DNA of 64,000 nucleotides, taken from assembly GCA_049840735.1 (NCBI GenBank), contig JASGJN010000020.1, forward strand, positions 640,001 to 704,000, read 5' to 3'. Below the pieces are notes generated by a model. It had not been told where the DNA came from and searched no databases. It saw nothing but the letters and a program-made list of their open reading frames with translations. The translations under genes were made by a program, and so were the position numbers. Below, piece after piece: positions 10,646 to 20,787 of this stretch (the first letter of the stretch is position 1; the number at the start of each line of letters is the position of its first letter). This stretch comes from Anaeromyxobacter sp. Lineage in GTDB: Bacteria; Myxococcota; Myxococcia; Myxococcales; Anaeromyxobacteraceae.

Positions 10646-11734
10646 TTGACCCGCACCGAGCACATCCTCTCCGAGCGCGAGCGCCACGGCCGGCGCTCGC
10701 TGGTGGTGCTGCCGGTGGCCTATCCCAAGGAGCTCCTGACCGCCTTCGACGTCCTGGCCGTGGAGCTGTGGGGCCCGCCTGGCCCACCGCGCGGGCCGGA
10801 CGCGGGGCGGATCCAGGCCTACGTCTGCCCGCTGGTGCGCAACGCGCTGGCGTTCCTGGGCGCGGGCGGCGCCGACGCGGTGGACGGCGCGCTCTTCCCG
10901 CACACCTGCGACAGCCTCCAGCAGCTGGCCACGCTGGCGCCCGACCTGGGCGGCTGGGCCAAGCCGGTGCTCCGCTTCCAGCACCCGCGCGGCCCGGCCC
11001 GGCCGGCGGCGCGCGCCTATCTGGAGAGCGAGCTGCGGGCGCTGGTGGGCGCGCTGGAGGCCTTCACCGGCCGCGCCTTCGACGAGGACCGGCTGGCCGC
11101 CGCGCTCGACCTGCACGAGGCGGTGGACCAGGCCCGCGCGGCGTTGCTGGACGGGACCGCCACCTCGCCGCTCCCCGCCGCCGAGCGGTACGCGCTGCTC
11201 CGGCGCGGCGAGTGGCTCTGGCCGGATGATCACCTCCTGGAGCTGCGCGCGGCCCTGGCCGACCCGGAGCGCCCGCGCCGACCGGGCGTGCCGGTGCTGG
11301 TGACCGGCTACGTGCCCGAGCCAGCCGCCTTCGTGCAGGTGCTGGAGGAGGCCGGCGCGCGGGTGGCCGCCGACGACTACGCCGCCGTGGGACGGCGGGT
11401 GGTACGGGCGCGGACCCGCGGAGCTCCCTGGGAGCGGCTGCTGGAGCGCTACTGGGCGGCCCCGCCCTGCCCCACCCGCGCGGCCACCCAGGAGGCCCGC
11501 CTGGCACACCTCTCGGCCCTGCTCGACCGCTCCGGCGCGCGCGGCATGATCATCCACACGGTCCGCTCCTGCGAGCCGGAGCTGTTCGACGTGCCGGCGC
11601 TGCGCACGCTCTGCGCCGGGCGCGGGCTGCCGGTGCTGCAGCTTGAGACGGATCTGGAGGCCGAGCTGCCCGCGCAGGCGGTGACGCGGCTGGAGGCCTT
11701 CGCCGAGCTGCTCACCTCGGGAGGCCAGGCATGA
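10646..11734 (+). CDS. 2-hydroxyacyl-CoA dehydratase / benzoyl-CoA reductase subunit (HgdB/FldC/BcrC-like)
   Basis: YPKELL, IQAYVCPLV, FPHTCDSL, RSCEPELFD, LQLETD...TRLEAFAE. Confidence 0.8.
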   Translation: MTRTEHILSERERHGRRSLVVLPVAYPKELLTAFDVLAVELWGPPGPPRGPDAGRIQAYVCPLVRNALAFLGAGGADAVDGALFPHTCDSLQQLATLAPDLGGWAKPVLRFQHPRGPARPAARAYLESELRALVGALEAFTGRAFDEDRLAAALDLHEAVDQARAALLDGTATSPLPAAERYALLRRGEWLWPDDHLLELRAALADPERPRRPGVPVLVTGYVPEPAAFVQVLEEAGARVAADDYAAVGRRVVRARTRGAPWERLLERYWAAPPCPTRAATQEARLAHLSALLDRSGARGMIIHTVRSCEPELFDVPALRTLCAGRGLPVLQLETDLEAELPAQAVTRLEAFAELLTSGGQA

Positions 11735-13050
11735 CCGCGCTGCGCCGGCTCCGCTACGAGGCCACCGGCCGGGTGGTGGTCCCCTTCCTCTCGCAGCTCG
11801 AGGCCTGGCAGCGCCGGCTCCGGCCGCGCCGCGCCCCGCGCGCCGACAGCCCCTTCGGCCCGCCCCTGGAGGCCACGCGAAGGCTCAAGGAGCTGATGAC
11901 CGCGCACTACGCGCAAGGCCGCGTGGCGGACGGCGCCGTGCCGGTGGCCTGGGTGACGAGCGGCTTCCCGGTGGAGGTGCTCCGCCCGCTGGGGTTCCAC
12001 TGCCTCTACCCGGAGAACCACGCCGCGCTCTGCGGCGTCCGCCGGGTGGTGCCGGAGCTCTCCGACGCGGCCGAGGGCGTGGGTTACGGGCGCGATTTGT
12101 GCAGCTACGCGCGGACGGACCTCGGCAGCGCGCTGACCGGCCAGACTCCGGTGGGGCGCCTGCCGCGGCCGCAGCTCTTGGCCTGCTGCACCAACATCTG
12201 CCAGACGGTGCTCCACTGGTACCGCGCGCTGGCGGCGCACTTCCAGGTGCCGCTGGTGCTGGTGGACACGCCCTTCGTCTACGGCGAGGCGCCGCCGCAC
12301 CACGCCGCCTACGTGCGCGCGCAGCTGGAGGAGCTGCTGGAGGTGGCGGCGCGGGTGGCCGGGCGCCGCGTCGAGCCGGAGGCGCTCGCCGAGGTGGTGC
12401 GGCTGGCGCGCGACGGCGCGGTGCTGTGGGGCGAGTGCCTGGAGACCGCCACCGCCCGCCCTGCGCCCTGGACCGGCTTCGACGGCTTCTTCCACATCGC
12501 CCCCATCGTCACGCTGCGCGGCACCGAGCGCTGCAACGCCTACTACCGGCTCCTGCGCGACGAGCTGCGCGACCGGGTGGCGCGCGGCGTCGGCGGGCTG
12601 AAGGTGGAGCGCCACCGGCTGCTCTGGGACAACCTGCCCATCTGGTTCGCGGTGCGCGAGCTCTCCACCCTGCTGGCCAGGCGCGGCTTCAACTTCGTGT
12701 GCACCAGCTACACCAACGCATGGGCCGAGGCCGGCCGCCGCGTGGACCCGGCCGACCCGCTGGGCTCGGCCGCGCGCGCCTACACCCACGTGCTGCTCAA
12801 CCAGGACCTGACCCAGCGGCTCTCGACGCTGCGCCGGCTGGCGCGCGCCTACCGCGTGGACGGCGCGGTGCTCCACAGCGACCGCTCCTGCAAGCCGTAC
12901 TCGATCGGCCAGGTGGACCTGAAGGAGCGGCTGGCGGCGGAGCTGCAGCTCAAGGTGCTGCTGCTGGAGGCCGACCACGACGACCCGCGGGCCTGGTCCT
13001 CCGAGCAGGCCGACACCCGCCTGACCGCGTTCATGGAGTCGTTCGCGTGA
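11731..13050 (+). CDS. 2-hydroxyacyl-CoA dehydratase / benzoyl-CoA reductase subunit (HgdA/FldB/BcrB-like)
   Basis: YPENHAALC, RDLCSY, TNICQT, HSDRSCK, EADHDDPR..S.EQ..TR; ATGA overlap with upstream gene. Confidence 0.85.
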   Translation: MTALRRLRYEATGRVVVPFLSQLEAWQRRLRPRRAPRADSPFGPPLEATRRLKELMTAHYAQGRVADGAVPVAWVTSGFPVEVLRPLGFHCLYPENHAALCGVRRVVPELSDAAEGVGYGRDLCSYARTDLGSALTGQTPVGRLPRPQLLACCTNICQTVLHWYRALAAHFQVPLVLVDTPFVYGEAPPHHAAYVRAQLEELLEVAARVAGRRVEPEALAEVVRLARDGAVLWGECLETATARPAPWTGFDGFFHIAPIVTLRGTERCNAYYRLLRDELRDRVARGVGGLKVERHRLLWDNLPIWFAVRELSTLLARRGFNFVCTSYTNAWAEAGRRVDPADPLGSAARAYTHVLLNQDLTQRLSTLRRLARAYRVDGAVLHSDRSCKPYSIGQVDLKERLAAELQLKVLLLEADHDDPRAWSSEQADTRLTAFMESFA

Positions 13051-13805
13051 CCGCCGCCGCGCTGGGCCTCGACGCCGGGTCCACCACCTGCAAGGCGGTG
13101 GCGCTGGCCGCCGACGGCCGGCTCCTGGCGCACCGGATCGAGCCGGCCCACCCGCGCGTGGACGAGCAGGCAGCCCGCCTGCTGGCGGAGCTGCGCGCCG
13201 AGGTGGACGGGGACGGGCCGGTGGGCGCCACGGGCTACGGGCGCAAGCGCGTGGGGGCGGCGCGCGTGCTCACCGAGATCACCTGCCACGCCCGCGGCGC
13301 CTGGCACGCGCTGCGCCGCCCGGGGCTCCTGGTGGACGTGGGTGGCCAGGACACCAAGGTGATCCGGCTCGGGCCGGGCGGCGAGGTGGCCGACTTCGCC
13401 ATGAACGACAAGTGCGCCGCCGGGACCGGCCGCTTCCTGGAGGTGATCCTGGGCCGGCTGCACGTGCCGCTGGAGGCGGTGGCGGAGACCGCGGCCGGCG
13501 CGGACCGGGCCGTGACGGTCTCCTCCACCTGCACCGTCTTCGCCGAGAGCGAGGTCATCTCCCTGGTGGCGAGCGGCGCCCCGCTGCCCGGCATCGTGCG
13601 CGGCCTGCACCAGGCCCTGGCCACCCGCGTGGCCGCCCTGGCCCGCGGCGCCGGGGCCGCGCCGGAGGTGCTGATGAGCGGCGGCGTGGCCCGCAACGCG
13701 GCCATGGTGGAGGCGCTGGCCCAGGCGCTGGGGCGCCCGGTGACGGTGGTGCCCCAGCCGCAGCTGGTCGGGGCCATCGGCGCGGCGCTGTCGGTGCTGG
13801 GCTGA
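13047..13805 (+). CDS. ATP-dependent dehydratase activase (HgdC/BcrA/BcrD ASKHA family)
   Basis: GLDAGSTTCK, ATGYGR, EITCHARG, DVGGQDTK, MNDKCAAGTGRFLE, STCTVFAESEVIS; GTGA overlap. Confidence 0.92.
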   Translation: MTAAALGLDAGSTTCKAVALAADGRLLAHRIEPAHPRVDEQAARLLAELRAEVDGDGPVGATGYGRKRVGAARVLTEITCHARGAWHALRRPGLLVDVGGQDTKVIRLGPGGEVADFAMNDKCAAGTGRFLEVILGRLHVPLEAVAETAAGADRAVTVSSTCTVFAESEVISLVASGAPLPGIVRGLHQALATRVAALARGAGAAPEVLMSGGVARNAAMVEALAQALGRPVTVVPQPQLVGAIGAALSVLG

Positions 13806-13835
13806 CCAGCGCCGGAACCGCAACACGACACGAGG

Positions 13836-15270
13836 CCCTGGCCTTCGACTCCGGGCCGCTCCGCGGCCCTACGCTCAGGCCGAACGGATCGTGAAGCCGC
13901 TGGCCCGCACGGTCCGCGAGAAGAGCTGCCGGCACCTCAACCAGGTCCCTGGCCTTCGACTCCGGGCCGCTCCGCGGCCCTACGCTCAGGCCGAACGGAT
14001 CGTGAAGCCACTCGCCCGAACGGTCCGCGAGAATAGCTGCCCGCATCTCAACCAGGTCCCTGGCCTTCGACTCCGGGCCGCTCCGCGGCCCTACGCTCAG
14101 GCCGAACGGGTCGTGAAGCCGCTTGCCCGCACGGTCCACGAGAAGTGCTGCCGGCACCTCAATCCAGGTCCCTGGCCTTCGACTCCGGGCCGCTCCGCGG
14201 CCCTACGCTCTGGCCTGACGGATCGTGAAGCCGCTTGCCCGCACGGTCCACGAGAAGAGCTGCCGGCACCTCAATCCAGGTCCCTGGCCTTCGACTCCGG
14301 GCCGCTCCGCGGCCCTACGCTCTGGCCTGACGGATCGTGAAGCCGCTTGCCCGCACGGTCCACGAGAAGAGCTGCCGGCACCTCAATCCAGGTCCCTGGC
14401 CTTCGACTCCGGGCCGCTCCGCGGCCCTACGCTCAGGCCGAACGGATCGTGAAGCCGCTGGCCCGCACGGTCCGCGAGAAGAGCTGCCCGCACCTCAATC
14501 CAGGTCCCTGGCCTTCGACTCCGGGCCGCTCCGCGGCCCTACGCTCAGGCCGAACGGATCGTGAAGCCACTTGCCCGCACGGTCCACGAGAAGAGCTGCC
14601 GGCACCTCAACCCAGGTCCCTGGCCTTTGACTCCGGGCCGCTCCGCGGCCCTACGCTCGGGCCGAACGGATCGTGAAGCCACTCGCCCGAACGGTCCGCG
14701 AGAAGAGCTGCCCGCACCTCAATCCAGGTCCCTGGCCTTCGACTCCGGGCCGCTCCGCGGCCCTACGCTCTGGCCGAACGGATCGTGAAGCCGCTCGCCC
14801 GCACGGTCCGCGAGAAGAGCTGCCCGCGCCTCAACCCAGGTCCCTGGCCTTCGACTCCGGGCCGCGCCGCGGCCCTACGCTCAGGCTGCACGGATCGTGA
14901 AGCCACTCGCCCGAACGGTCCGCGAGAAGAGCTGCTCGCACCTGAACCAAGGTCCCTGGCCTTCGACTCCGGGCCGCTCCGCGGCCCTACGCTCAGGCCG
15001 AACGGATCGTGAAGCCGCTGGCCCGCACGGTCCGCGAGAAGAGCTGCTCGCACCTCAATCCAGGTCCCTGGCCTTCGACTCCGGGCCGCTCCGCGGCCCT
15101 ACGCTCTGGCCGGACGGACCGTGAAGCCGCTGGCCCGCACGGCCCGCGAGAGGAGCTGCCCGCACCTCAATCCAGGTCCCTGGCCTTCGACTCCGGGCCG
15201 CTCCGCGGCCCTACGCTCTGGCCGAACGGATCGTGAAGCCGCTGGCCCGCACGCTCCGCGAGAAGGGCTG
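13836..15270. repeat. Tandem array of 13 near-identical 111-112 bp units, each carrying a REP-like hairpin
   Basis: Unit starts (CCCTGGCCTT(C/T)GACT) at 13836, 13947, 14058, 14170, 14282, 14394, 14506, 14618, 14730, 14842, 14954, 15066, 15178; last unit truncated. Confidence 0.95.
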
Positions 15271-15288
15271 ACCGCACTGCCAGTGACT

Positions 15289-15345
15289 CCGTTCGGCCTG
15301 AGCGTAGCCGCCGCAAGGCGGCGGAGTCGAAGGCCAGGGATCTGG
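15289..15345 (-). repeat. Inverted REP-like copy closing the array
   Basis: Reverse complement CCCTGGCC-TTCGACTCC-GCCGCC TTGC GGCGGC-TACGCTCA-GGCC-GAACGG. Confidence 0.85.
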
Positions 15346-15356
15346 CGCGGGGCCGG

Positions 15357-16181
15357 TCAGAACGCCACCAGCTCCACCCGCCGGTTCTTCGCCTTCCCGT
15401 CCTCGCTGGCGTTCGAGGCCACCGGCGCCAGCGGCCCGACCCCGTGCGCGGTGAGCCGGTCGGCGCCGACCCGGTGCTTCGCCACCAGCTCGGCCCGCAC
15501 CGCCTCCGCGCGCGCCTGCGAGAGCTTCATGTTCGGGTCGATCCCGCCCACGCTGTCGGTGTGGCCCACCAGGCGGACCTTGAGCGCCGGCTGGGCGGCC
15601 AGGAGCTTGGCGATCTCCGCCAGCGCCGGGCCGGACTCCGGCTTCACCACCGAGAGGCCGGTGTCGAAGTAGATGCCGTAGACCGAGGCGTGGCCGGTGG
15701 TGGCCAGGTCGCTGGCGAAGGCGTCGGCGTTGGCCAGCACATCCTGCTTCATCCCCTGCTGCTCCACCACCCAGACCGTGACCTGGCCGCCGTACTCGTC
15801 CACCTGCGACCAGATGGTGTGGCCGTCCTTCGTGAACCGCAGCGTGGTCACGCCGTCGCCGTCGAAGAGCACCTCGCCGCCCTTCGCCTTGCCGGCGTTC
15901 TGGTAGTTGCGGATCACCTGCAGGCGGCTGGGCCGGGCCCCGGTGCCGGTCCACTGGTAGATGGTCTGGGTGAGGTGCCCCTCGACCTGCTCCACCGTCG
16001 GCTTCCGCGCGTCGCCGACCTTCATCTTGTGCCCGTCGAACTGCATGTCCTTGCAGCGGTAGATCCGGTAGTCCGGCAGGCGCGTGAAGAGCGCCGGATC
16101 CTGGCAGCCGGGGGCGTCCGGCTGCGGCGCGGCCAGGGGCAGCGAGGGGAGCAGGAAGAGCAGGGCGAGGATGGGTCTCAT
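15357..16181 (-). CDS. OmpA-family peptidoglycan-binding protein
   Basis: Signal peptide; C-terminal GIYFDTG, VGHTDSVG, NMKLSQARA, NRRVELV. Confidence 0.92.
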   Translation of the reverse strand: MRPILALLFLLPSLPLAAPQPDAPGCQDPALFTRLPDYRIYRCKDMQFDGHKMKVGDARKPTVEQVEGHLTQTIYQWTGTGARPSRLQVIRNYQNAGKAKGGEVLFDGDGVTTLRFTKDGHTIWSQVDEYGGQVTVWVVEQQGMKQDVLANADAFASDLATTGHASVYGIYFDTGLSVVKPESGPALAEIAKLLAAQPALKVRLVGHTDSVGGIDPNMKLSQARAEAVRAELVAKHRVGADRLTAHGVGPLAPVASNASEDGKAKNRRVELVAF

Positions 16182-16299
16182 GGTGGTCTCCCGGGTTCAC
16201 GGTGGGTTGACGGCCGTGCGCCGACTGTAGCGCCGCCGCGACCGGCTACCCGGGACACGGAGAGAGTCCCTCTTTCGGAGGGGGAACGACCGCGCGCGG

Positions 16300-17554
16300 C
16301 TACTCCCGCACCACCTGCCCCTTCCTCACCCGCACCACCGCGCGACCGTCGTCCAGCGCCTCGGCGCCGGTGACGCGCACCTCGCCCTCCCCCACCTCCA
16401 GCTCCAGGCGCGCCGCGGGGGCGAAGCCGCGCAGGTCGAGCGCCACCTTCCCCTTCCCCAGCCGCACCCGCAGCTGCTTGCCGGCCCCGTCGGCGGGGAG
16501 CAGCAGCGCCAGGCGCGTGCGACGCTCGGTGAACCAGCCGATCCGGTCGAGCGAGAGCACCGCCGCCGCCGGGGTCGGGTGCCAGCCCAGCCCGACCTTG
16601 CTGGTGGGGAAGCCGAAGGCCTGGACGTCGTAGGAGGCCTGCAGCTCCGGGCCGGCCGCGACGGCCAGCGTGGCCTCGTCGAGCGCCACCTCCAGCACCG
16701 GCGCCGGGTCGGCGGTCAGCGCGGCGGCGGAGCGGGTGAAGGTCTTGGCCGAGACGTAGGGGGTGGCCAGCAGCGCCGCCACGGTCAGCGCCCCCAGCGC
16801 GCTCCCGGAGGCGACCGTCACCCAGCGCGCCTTGCGGCGGTGGCGCGGGTCCTCCGCGTCCGGCAGCGGCGCCGGCGCGCGGTCGAGCTCGAGCGCGTGG
16901 TGGAGGACCAGCGCGGTGAGCCAGACCAGCCCCCCGGCCCAGATCACGTCGGACAGGAAGTGGCCGCCGGCCATCATCCGCGCGGCGCCCAGCAGGCCGC
17001 CGGAGACGAAGCCCGCGGCCAGGAAGGCCAGCGCGGTCCTGCGGCGGCGCCGCTTGAGCGCCAGGTAGGGCGTGCCCAGGTAGAAGCCCCATCGAGCAGT
17101 GGCCGCAGGGGAAGGACTTGGCGTGAGGGTCGCTCCCCGGGACCAGCACCGGCAGGAACTTCTCCTGCCCGCCCAGCTCCACCACCTCGCGCGGCCGCGG
17201 CCGGCCGTAGTGATCCTTGAAGATCACGTTGACCAGCAGCCCCGGCCCCAGCGCCGCGGTGAGCACCAGGAAGAGCGCCGGGCGGCGCCAGGCCAGCAGC
17301 CGGCGCGGGTACCAGTAGCTGAGCGTCAGGGCCACCAGCGCGGCCGCCGCCAGCGCCACGCCCAGGAAGACGCCGTCCACGTACACCATCCGCCAGAACG
17401 GCTGGTCGGCCAGCGGCCAGGCGCAGCAGCCCTGGCGGAAGGCGCCGCCGGCCCGGAGGTCGAGCGGGGTGAGCCAGGAGACGGCGGTGGTCGCGGCCAG
17501 CAGGGCCAGCACGGCCCAGCGCTCGGCGCGGAGGGTGGGACTGGGACGGCGCAT
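16300..17554 (-). CDS. PAP2-family membrane phosphatase with C-terminal extension; frameshift near 17088
   Basis: KDHYGRPRP, SFPCGH, then RMMAGGHFLSDV in the next frame. Confidence 0.85.
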
Positions 17555-17662
17555 GAGGGGGCGAGGTTCTCACGCCGCTCGGCGACCCCGCAAGGCAGCC
17601 GGAGCCCATCCGTGACCACTCCTGCCGGTCGCGCCTGGCAGGACGCCATGCAGAATCGGGGC

Positions 17663-18760
17663 ATGAGCGCCTCGGACGCCGTGCCGGACCCGGTTGTGGA
17701 CGCGTCCGCGGAGGAGGGCGCGCGGGTGGTGGCGCTGGCGCTGCTGGCGCGCGCCGACGAGGCCTCGGAGCGCTACCGCGGCCAGGTGGACGAGGAGGCG
17801 CTGCACGACTTCCGGGTGGCGCTCCGCCGGCTCCGCAGCACGCTGCGCGCCTTCCGCCCCTGGCTGGAGGACGGCGTGGGCCGGAAGCTGGAGCAGCGCA
17901 TCGCCAAGCTGGCCCGCGCCACCAACGCCGCGCGCGACGCCGAGGTGCAGCTGGCCTGGCTCGAGCCGCGGCTGGCCGAGCTCCCCCGTGTGCAGCGGAG
18001 CGGCGCCGAGGCGCTGGTGGCCGAGCTGGAGGGACGGATGGCCGGGCCAGCGCCGGAGCGGCTGGTGAAGCGCTACCAGAAGGTCTCCGCCAAGCTGGCC
18101 CCGCGCCTCGGCACCTACCTGCGCCGCGTGCCGGTGGCGGGCGCCAGCGCCTCGCCCAGCTTCGGCGCGGTGCTGGCCGGCGCGCTGCGCCAGGGGCTGG
18201 CGGAGCTGCGGGCCCACCTGGGCGAGGTCCAGGGCTCGGACGACGAGACCCCGCTCCACACCGCCCGCATCTCCGGCAAGCGGCTGCGGTACGTGCTGGA
18301 GCCGCTGGCCGGGAACCCGCTGGCCGACGCCGGCCCGGCGGTGAAGCGGCTCAAGAAGCTGCAGGACGTGCTGGGCGAGCTGCACGACGCCCACGTGCTG
18401 GCGGCCGAGCTGGGCCAGGCCTACGTGGCCGCGGCCGGCAGGCGGGCCAGCGCGGTGTTCGAGGCGGTGGCGCACCACGGAGCCGAGGGCGCGGCGCTGC
18501 GCAGCGCCGGGGCGCGCGGGCCGCGCGGCGGGCTCCTGGCGCTGGCGCGGGCCAACCGCGAGCGGCGCGAGGAGCGCTTCGCCGAGCTGCGGCGGACCTG
18601 GCTGCCGGAGGGGCTGGCGACGCTGGCGGCGCAGGTGGAGGAGCTGGCCGGGGCGCTGGAGGCGCGGGCCGCGCCGCCGGCGGCGCCGGGAGAAGCAGAC
18701 GAGCCGGAGGGCGCGGACGAGGGGCCGGGCACGGGCGAGCCCGGCCCGGAGGTCCACTAG
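17663..18760 (+). CDS. CHAD-domain protein (polyphosphate-binding family)
   Basis: EALHDFRVALRRLRS, ARDAEV, LHTARISGKRLRY, LQDVLGELHD. Confidence 0.9.
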   Translation: MSASDAVPDPVVDASAEEGARVVALALLARADEASERYRGQVDEEALHDFRVALRRLRSTLRAFRPWLEDGVGRKLEQRIAKLARATNAARDAEVQLAWLEPRLAELPRVQRSGAEALVAELEGRMAGPAPERLVKRYQKVSAKLAPRLGTYLRRVPVAGASASPSFGAVLAGALRQGLAELRAHLGEVQGSDDETPLHTARISGKRLRYVLEPLAGNPLADAGPAVKRLKKLQDVLGELHDAHVLAAELGQAYVAAAGRRASAVFEAVAHHGAEGAALRSAGARGPRGGLLALARANRERREERFAELRRTWLPEGLATLAAQVEELAGALEARAAPPAAPGEADEPEGADEGPGTGEPGPEVH

Positions 18761-19275
18761 GCCAGCCGCAGCGCCGACCTGCGATCGCGCAGCGCCCGCT
18801 TCACCAGCTCGCGATCGCTGCGCCGGTCGAGCCTGTCCAGCGCCTTCTGCGGCTTGAGCCAGTCCAGCCGGTCCACCTCGCGGCTGGGGCGGAAGCGCCC
18901 CTCGCCGATGGCCCGCATGTGCCAGTAGAGGACCAGCTTCGACCGGCCGCGCCAGCGGTAGAGGGCGTGGCCGGCGAACCCGGCCAGCCGAGTCTCCCAG
19001 CCGGTCTCCTCCGCCACCTCGCGCAGGGCCGCCTCGGCAAAGGTCTCACCATCGAGCAGCTTGCCCTTGGGCAGGGACCAGTCGTCCTGCCGGGGCCGGT
19101 GGATCACCGCCAGGCGCAGCTGGCCTTCGTCCTCCCGCCAGACCAGCCCGCCGGCCGCCGTGACCAGCCCCTCCAGCTCCGCGGGGTCGAGTCCCAGCTC
19201 GAGCCCATCCGGAACGTCGAGCCCGATGAGCGGGTCGAGGCCGTCCTCGCGTGCGGCACGCCGCGGCTGCGCCAT
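18757..19275 (-). CDS. NUDIX hydrolase
   Basis: HRPRQDDWSLPKGK...GETFAEAALREVAEETG NUDIX box. Confidence 0.9.
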   Translation of the reverse strand: MAQPRRAAREDGLDPLIGLDVPDGLELGLDPAELEGLVTAAGGLVWREDEGQLRLAVIHRPRQDDWSLPKGKLLDGETFAEAALREVAEETGWETRLAGFAGHALYRWRGRSKLVLYWHMRAIGEGRFRPSREVDRLDWLKPQKALDRLDRRSDRELVKRALRDRRSALRLA

Positions 19276-19368
19276 CCCAGCACCGTAACAAGCCGCTCCG
19301 ACAGCCGCACGCCGGGGCGCGCCGATCTCACCGTCCCGTCACCCGCCGCCATCGACGGCGGGCCAAGG

Positions 19369-20469
19369 TCACTGGATCGTGGACCCGCTCACCTGGGGCG
19401 CGCCGCTGCCCAGGTAGAAGATGCCTGGGTAGCCCTGCGTCTCGAACCCGGCGCTGGGGTTCCGGGCCAGCTGCGAGTCCTTGATGATCAGGTGCCCGGT
19501 CCGGTCATTGCTCACGAAGAAGACGCCGCCCCCGCCCTCGTTGGCGGTGTTGTCGGTCATGACCACGCCGCAGAGCGTCAGGTCGAACGTGTTTCCGTCG
19601 TTGTAGATGGCGCCCCCGCTGCCGCCGCCGGGCGTGCCGCTCTGCGCCGGGTTTGCGCCGTGGCCGATGGCGGCGTTGTGGGAGAAGACGCTGTTGATGA
19701 CGGTGTAGGAGACACCGATCGACGAGAGCCCCGCGCCGTTGGAGCAGACGTTGCCCAGCTCCGCCGAGCCGCCGAAGGTGGCGTTCACGACGTAGAGCGG
19801 CCGGTCCTGGTACTGGTCGAAGGCGCGCACGGCCCCGCCGCCCACGTCCGGCCCGGTGTCGTCGCAGACATTGTGGAAGAAGCGGACGTTGACCAGCTTG
19901 AGCTGGCCGCCCCGGGCGAAGATGGCGCCGCCGCCGTCCGGAGAGAGCCCCCTGGCGTTGCCGTCCACGAAGGTGAGGTTCTGGACCGTGAGCCGGGGGT
20001 GGTCCTGATCCTGGCAGTGCGAGGTGGTCCAGACCTGCGCCTGATCGCAGGTGTTCATGTAGAGGATGCGCTGGCTGCCGCCGCCGCTGAGCGTGACCTT
20101 CCCGCCGCCGTCGATGACGATGCGGGGCCCCTTGTCGTTGAAGACCTTGGCCGTGCGCGGGACGGTGATGGTCACCGGGTCGGGGCCGCAGGCGAAGGTG
20201 ATGACGCCGCCGGCGGCCACCGCCTGGACGAAGGCCTCGCCGGTGCAGCTGGCCGCGGTCCCGGTGCCCACCACGGTGGTGGGGGTGGAGACCTCCTCCG
20301 GGAAGCCCTCGGCCGGCACGGTGCAGGGGGCGTCCGGGTTCCCGGCCGGCGGCCCGGAGCTCGGATCGGTGAGCGGGTTCTGCGGGCGCCCGCCGGTGGC
20401 CGGGCCGAAGGCGCCGTCGCAGGCCAGCAGGGGCAGGATGATCAGCAGGGTCGGCGCATGGGCTCTCAC
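19369..20469 (-). CDS. Putative lipoprotein with pectin-lyase-like beta-helix repeats
   Basis: Lipobox-like LLAC; repeated GGGAI(F/Y) and F..N motifs. Confidence 0.7.
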   Translation of the reverse strand: MRAHAPTLLIILPLLACDGAFGPATGGRPQNPLTDPSSGPPAGNPDAPCTVPAEGFPEEVSTPTTVVGTGTAASCTGEAFVQAVAAGGVITFACGPDPVTITVPRTAKVFNDKGPRIVIDGGGKVTLSGGGSQRILYMNTCDQAQVWTTSHCQDQDHPRLTVQNLTFVDGNARGLSPDGGGAIFARGGQLKLVNVRFFHNVCDDTGPDVGGGAVRAFDQYQDRPLYVVNATFGGSAELGNVCSNGAGLSSIGVSYTVINSVFSHNAAIGHGANPAQSGTPGGGSGGAIYNDGNTFDLTLCGVVMTDNTANEGGGGVFFVSNDRTGHLIIKDSQLARNPSAGFETQGYPGIFYLGSGAPQVSGSTIQ

Positions 20470-20550
20470 GGTCGGTGAGGATACGCTCGGTTCGGCCCCC
20501 GCGGAAGCGGCCCTGCGCCGCGCCCGGCCGCCCCTCGTCCTCTCCGCCCG

Positions 20551-20787
20551 GGGTGAACGAGCTGCTGGCCCGGCTGCGGGTGGCGCTGCGCCACGCGCCG
20601 GCCGCGCCGGAGGAGCGGGTGGTGGAGGCCGGTCCGCCGCGGATCGACCTGGCCCGCCGCGAGGTGACGGTGGGAGGGGTGGAGGTGCGGCTCACGCCCA
20701 CCGAGTACCGCGTGCTGGCGCTGCTGGCCCGGCACGCCGGCAAGGTGCTCACGCACCGGCAGCTCCTGCGCGAGGTCTGGGGGCCCG
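20551..20787 (+). pseudogene. Remnant of a KdpE-like OmpR-family response regulator (winged-helix part only)
   Basis: GVNELLARLRVALRH...IDLARREV...LTPTEYRVLALLARHAGKVLTHRQLLREVWGP; no receiver domain and no terminal recognition helix. Confidence 0.75.

Noticed and set aside
10646..13805. Plasmalogen synthase (PlsA/PlsR) or a link to mqnD
   Set aside because: Lacks the fused double-activase architecture; mqnD is 9 kb away in an unrelated transcription unit
13836..15270. 112-bp array as a CRISPR array
   Set aside because: The 'spacer' halves are near-identical to each other, the conserved part is too long, and no cas genes are in the window
13555..15672. Series of 75-200 aa ORFs over the array
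   Set aside because: Artefacts of a period not divisible by 3; the frame shifts each unit and there is no RBS
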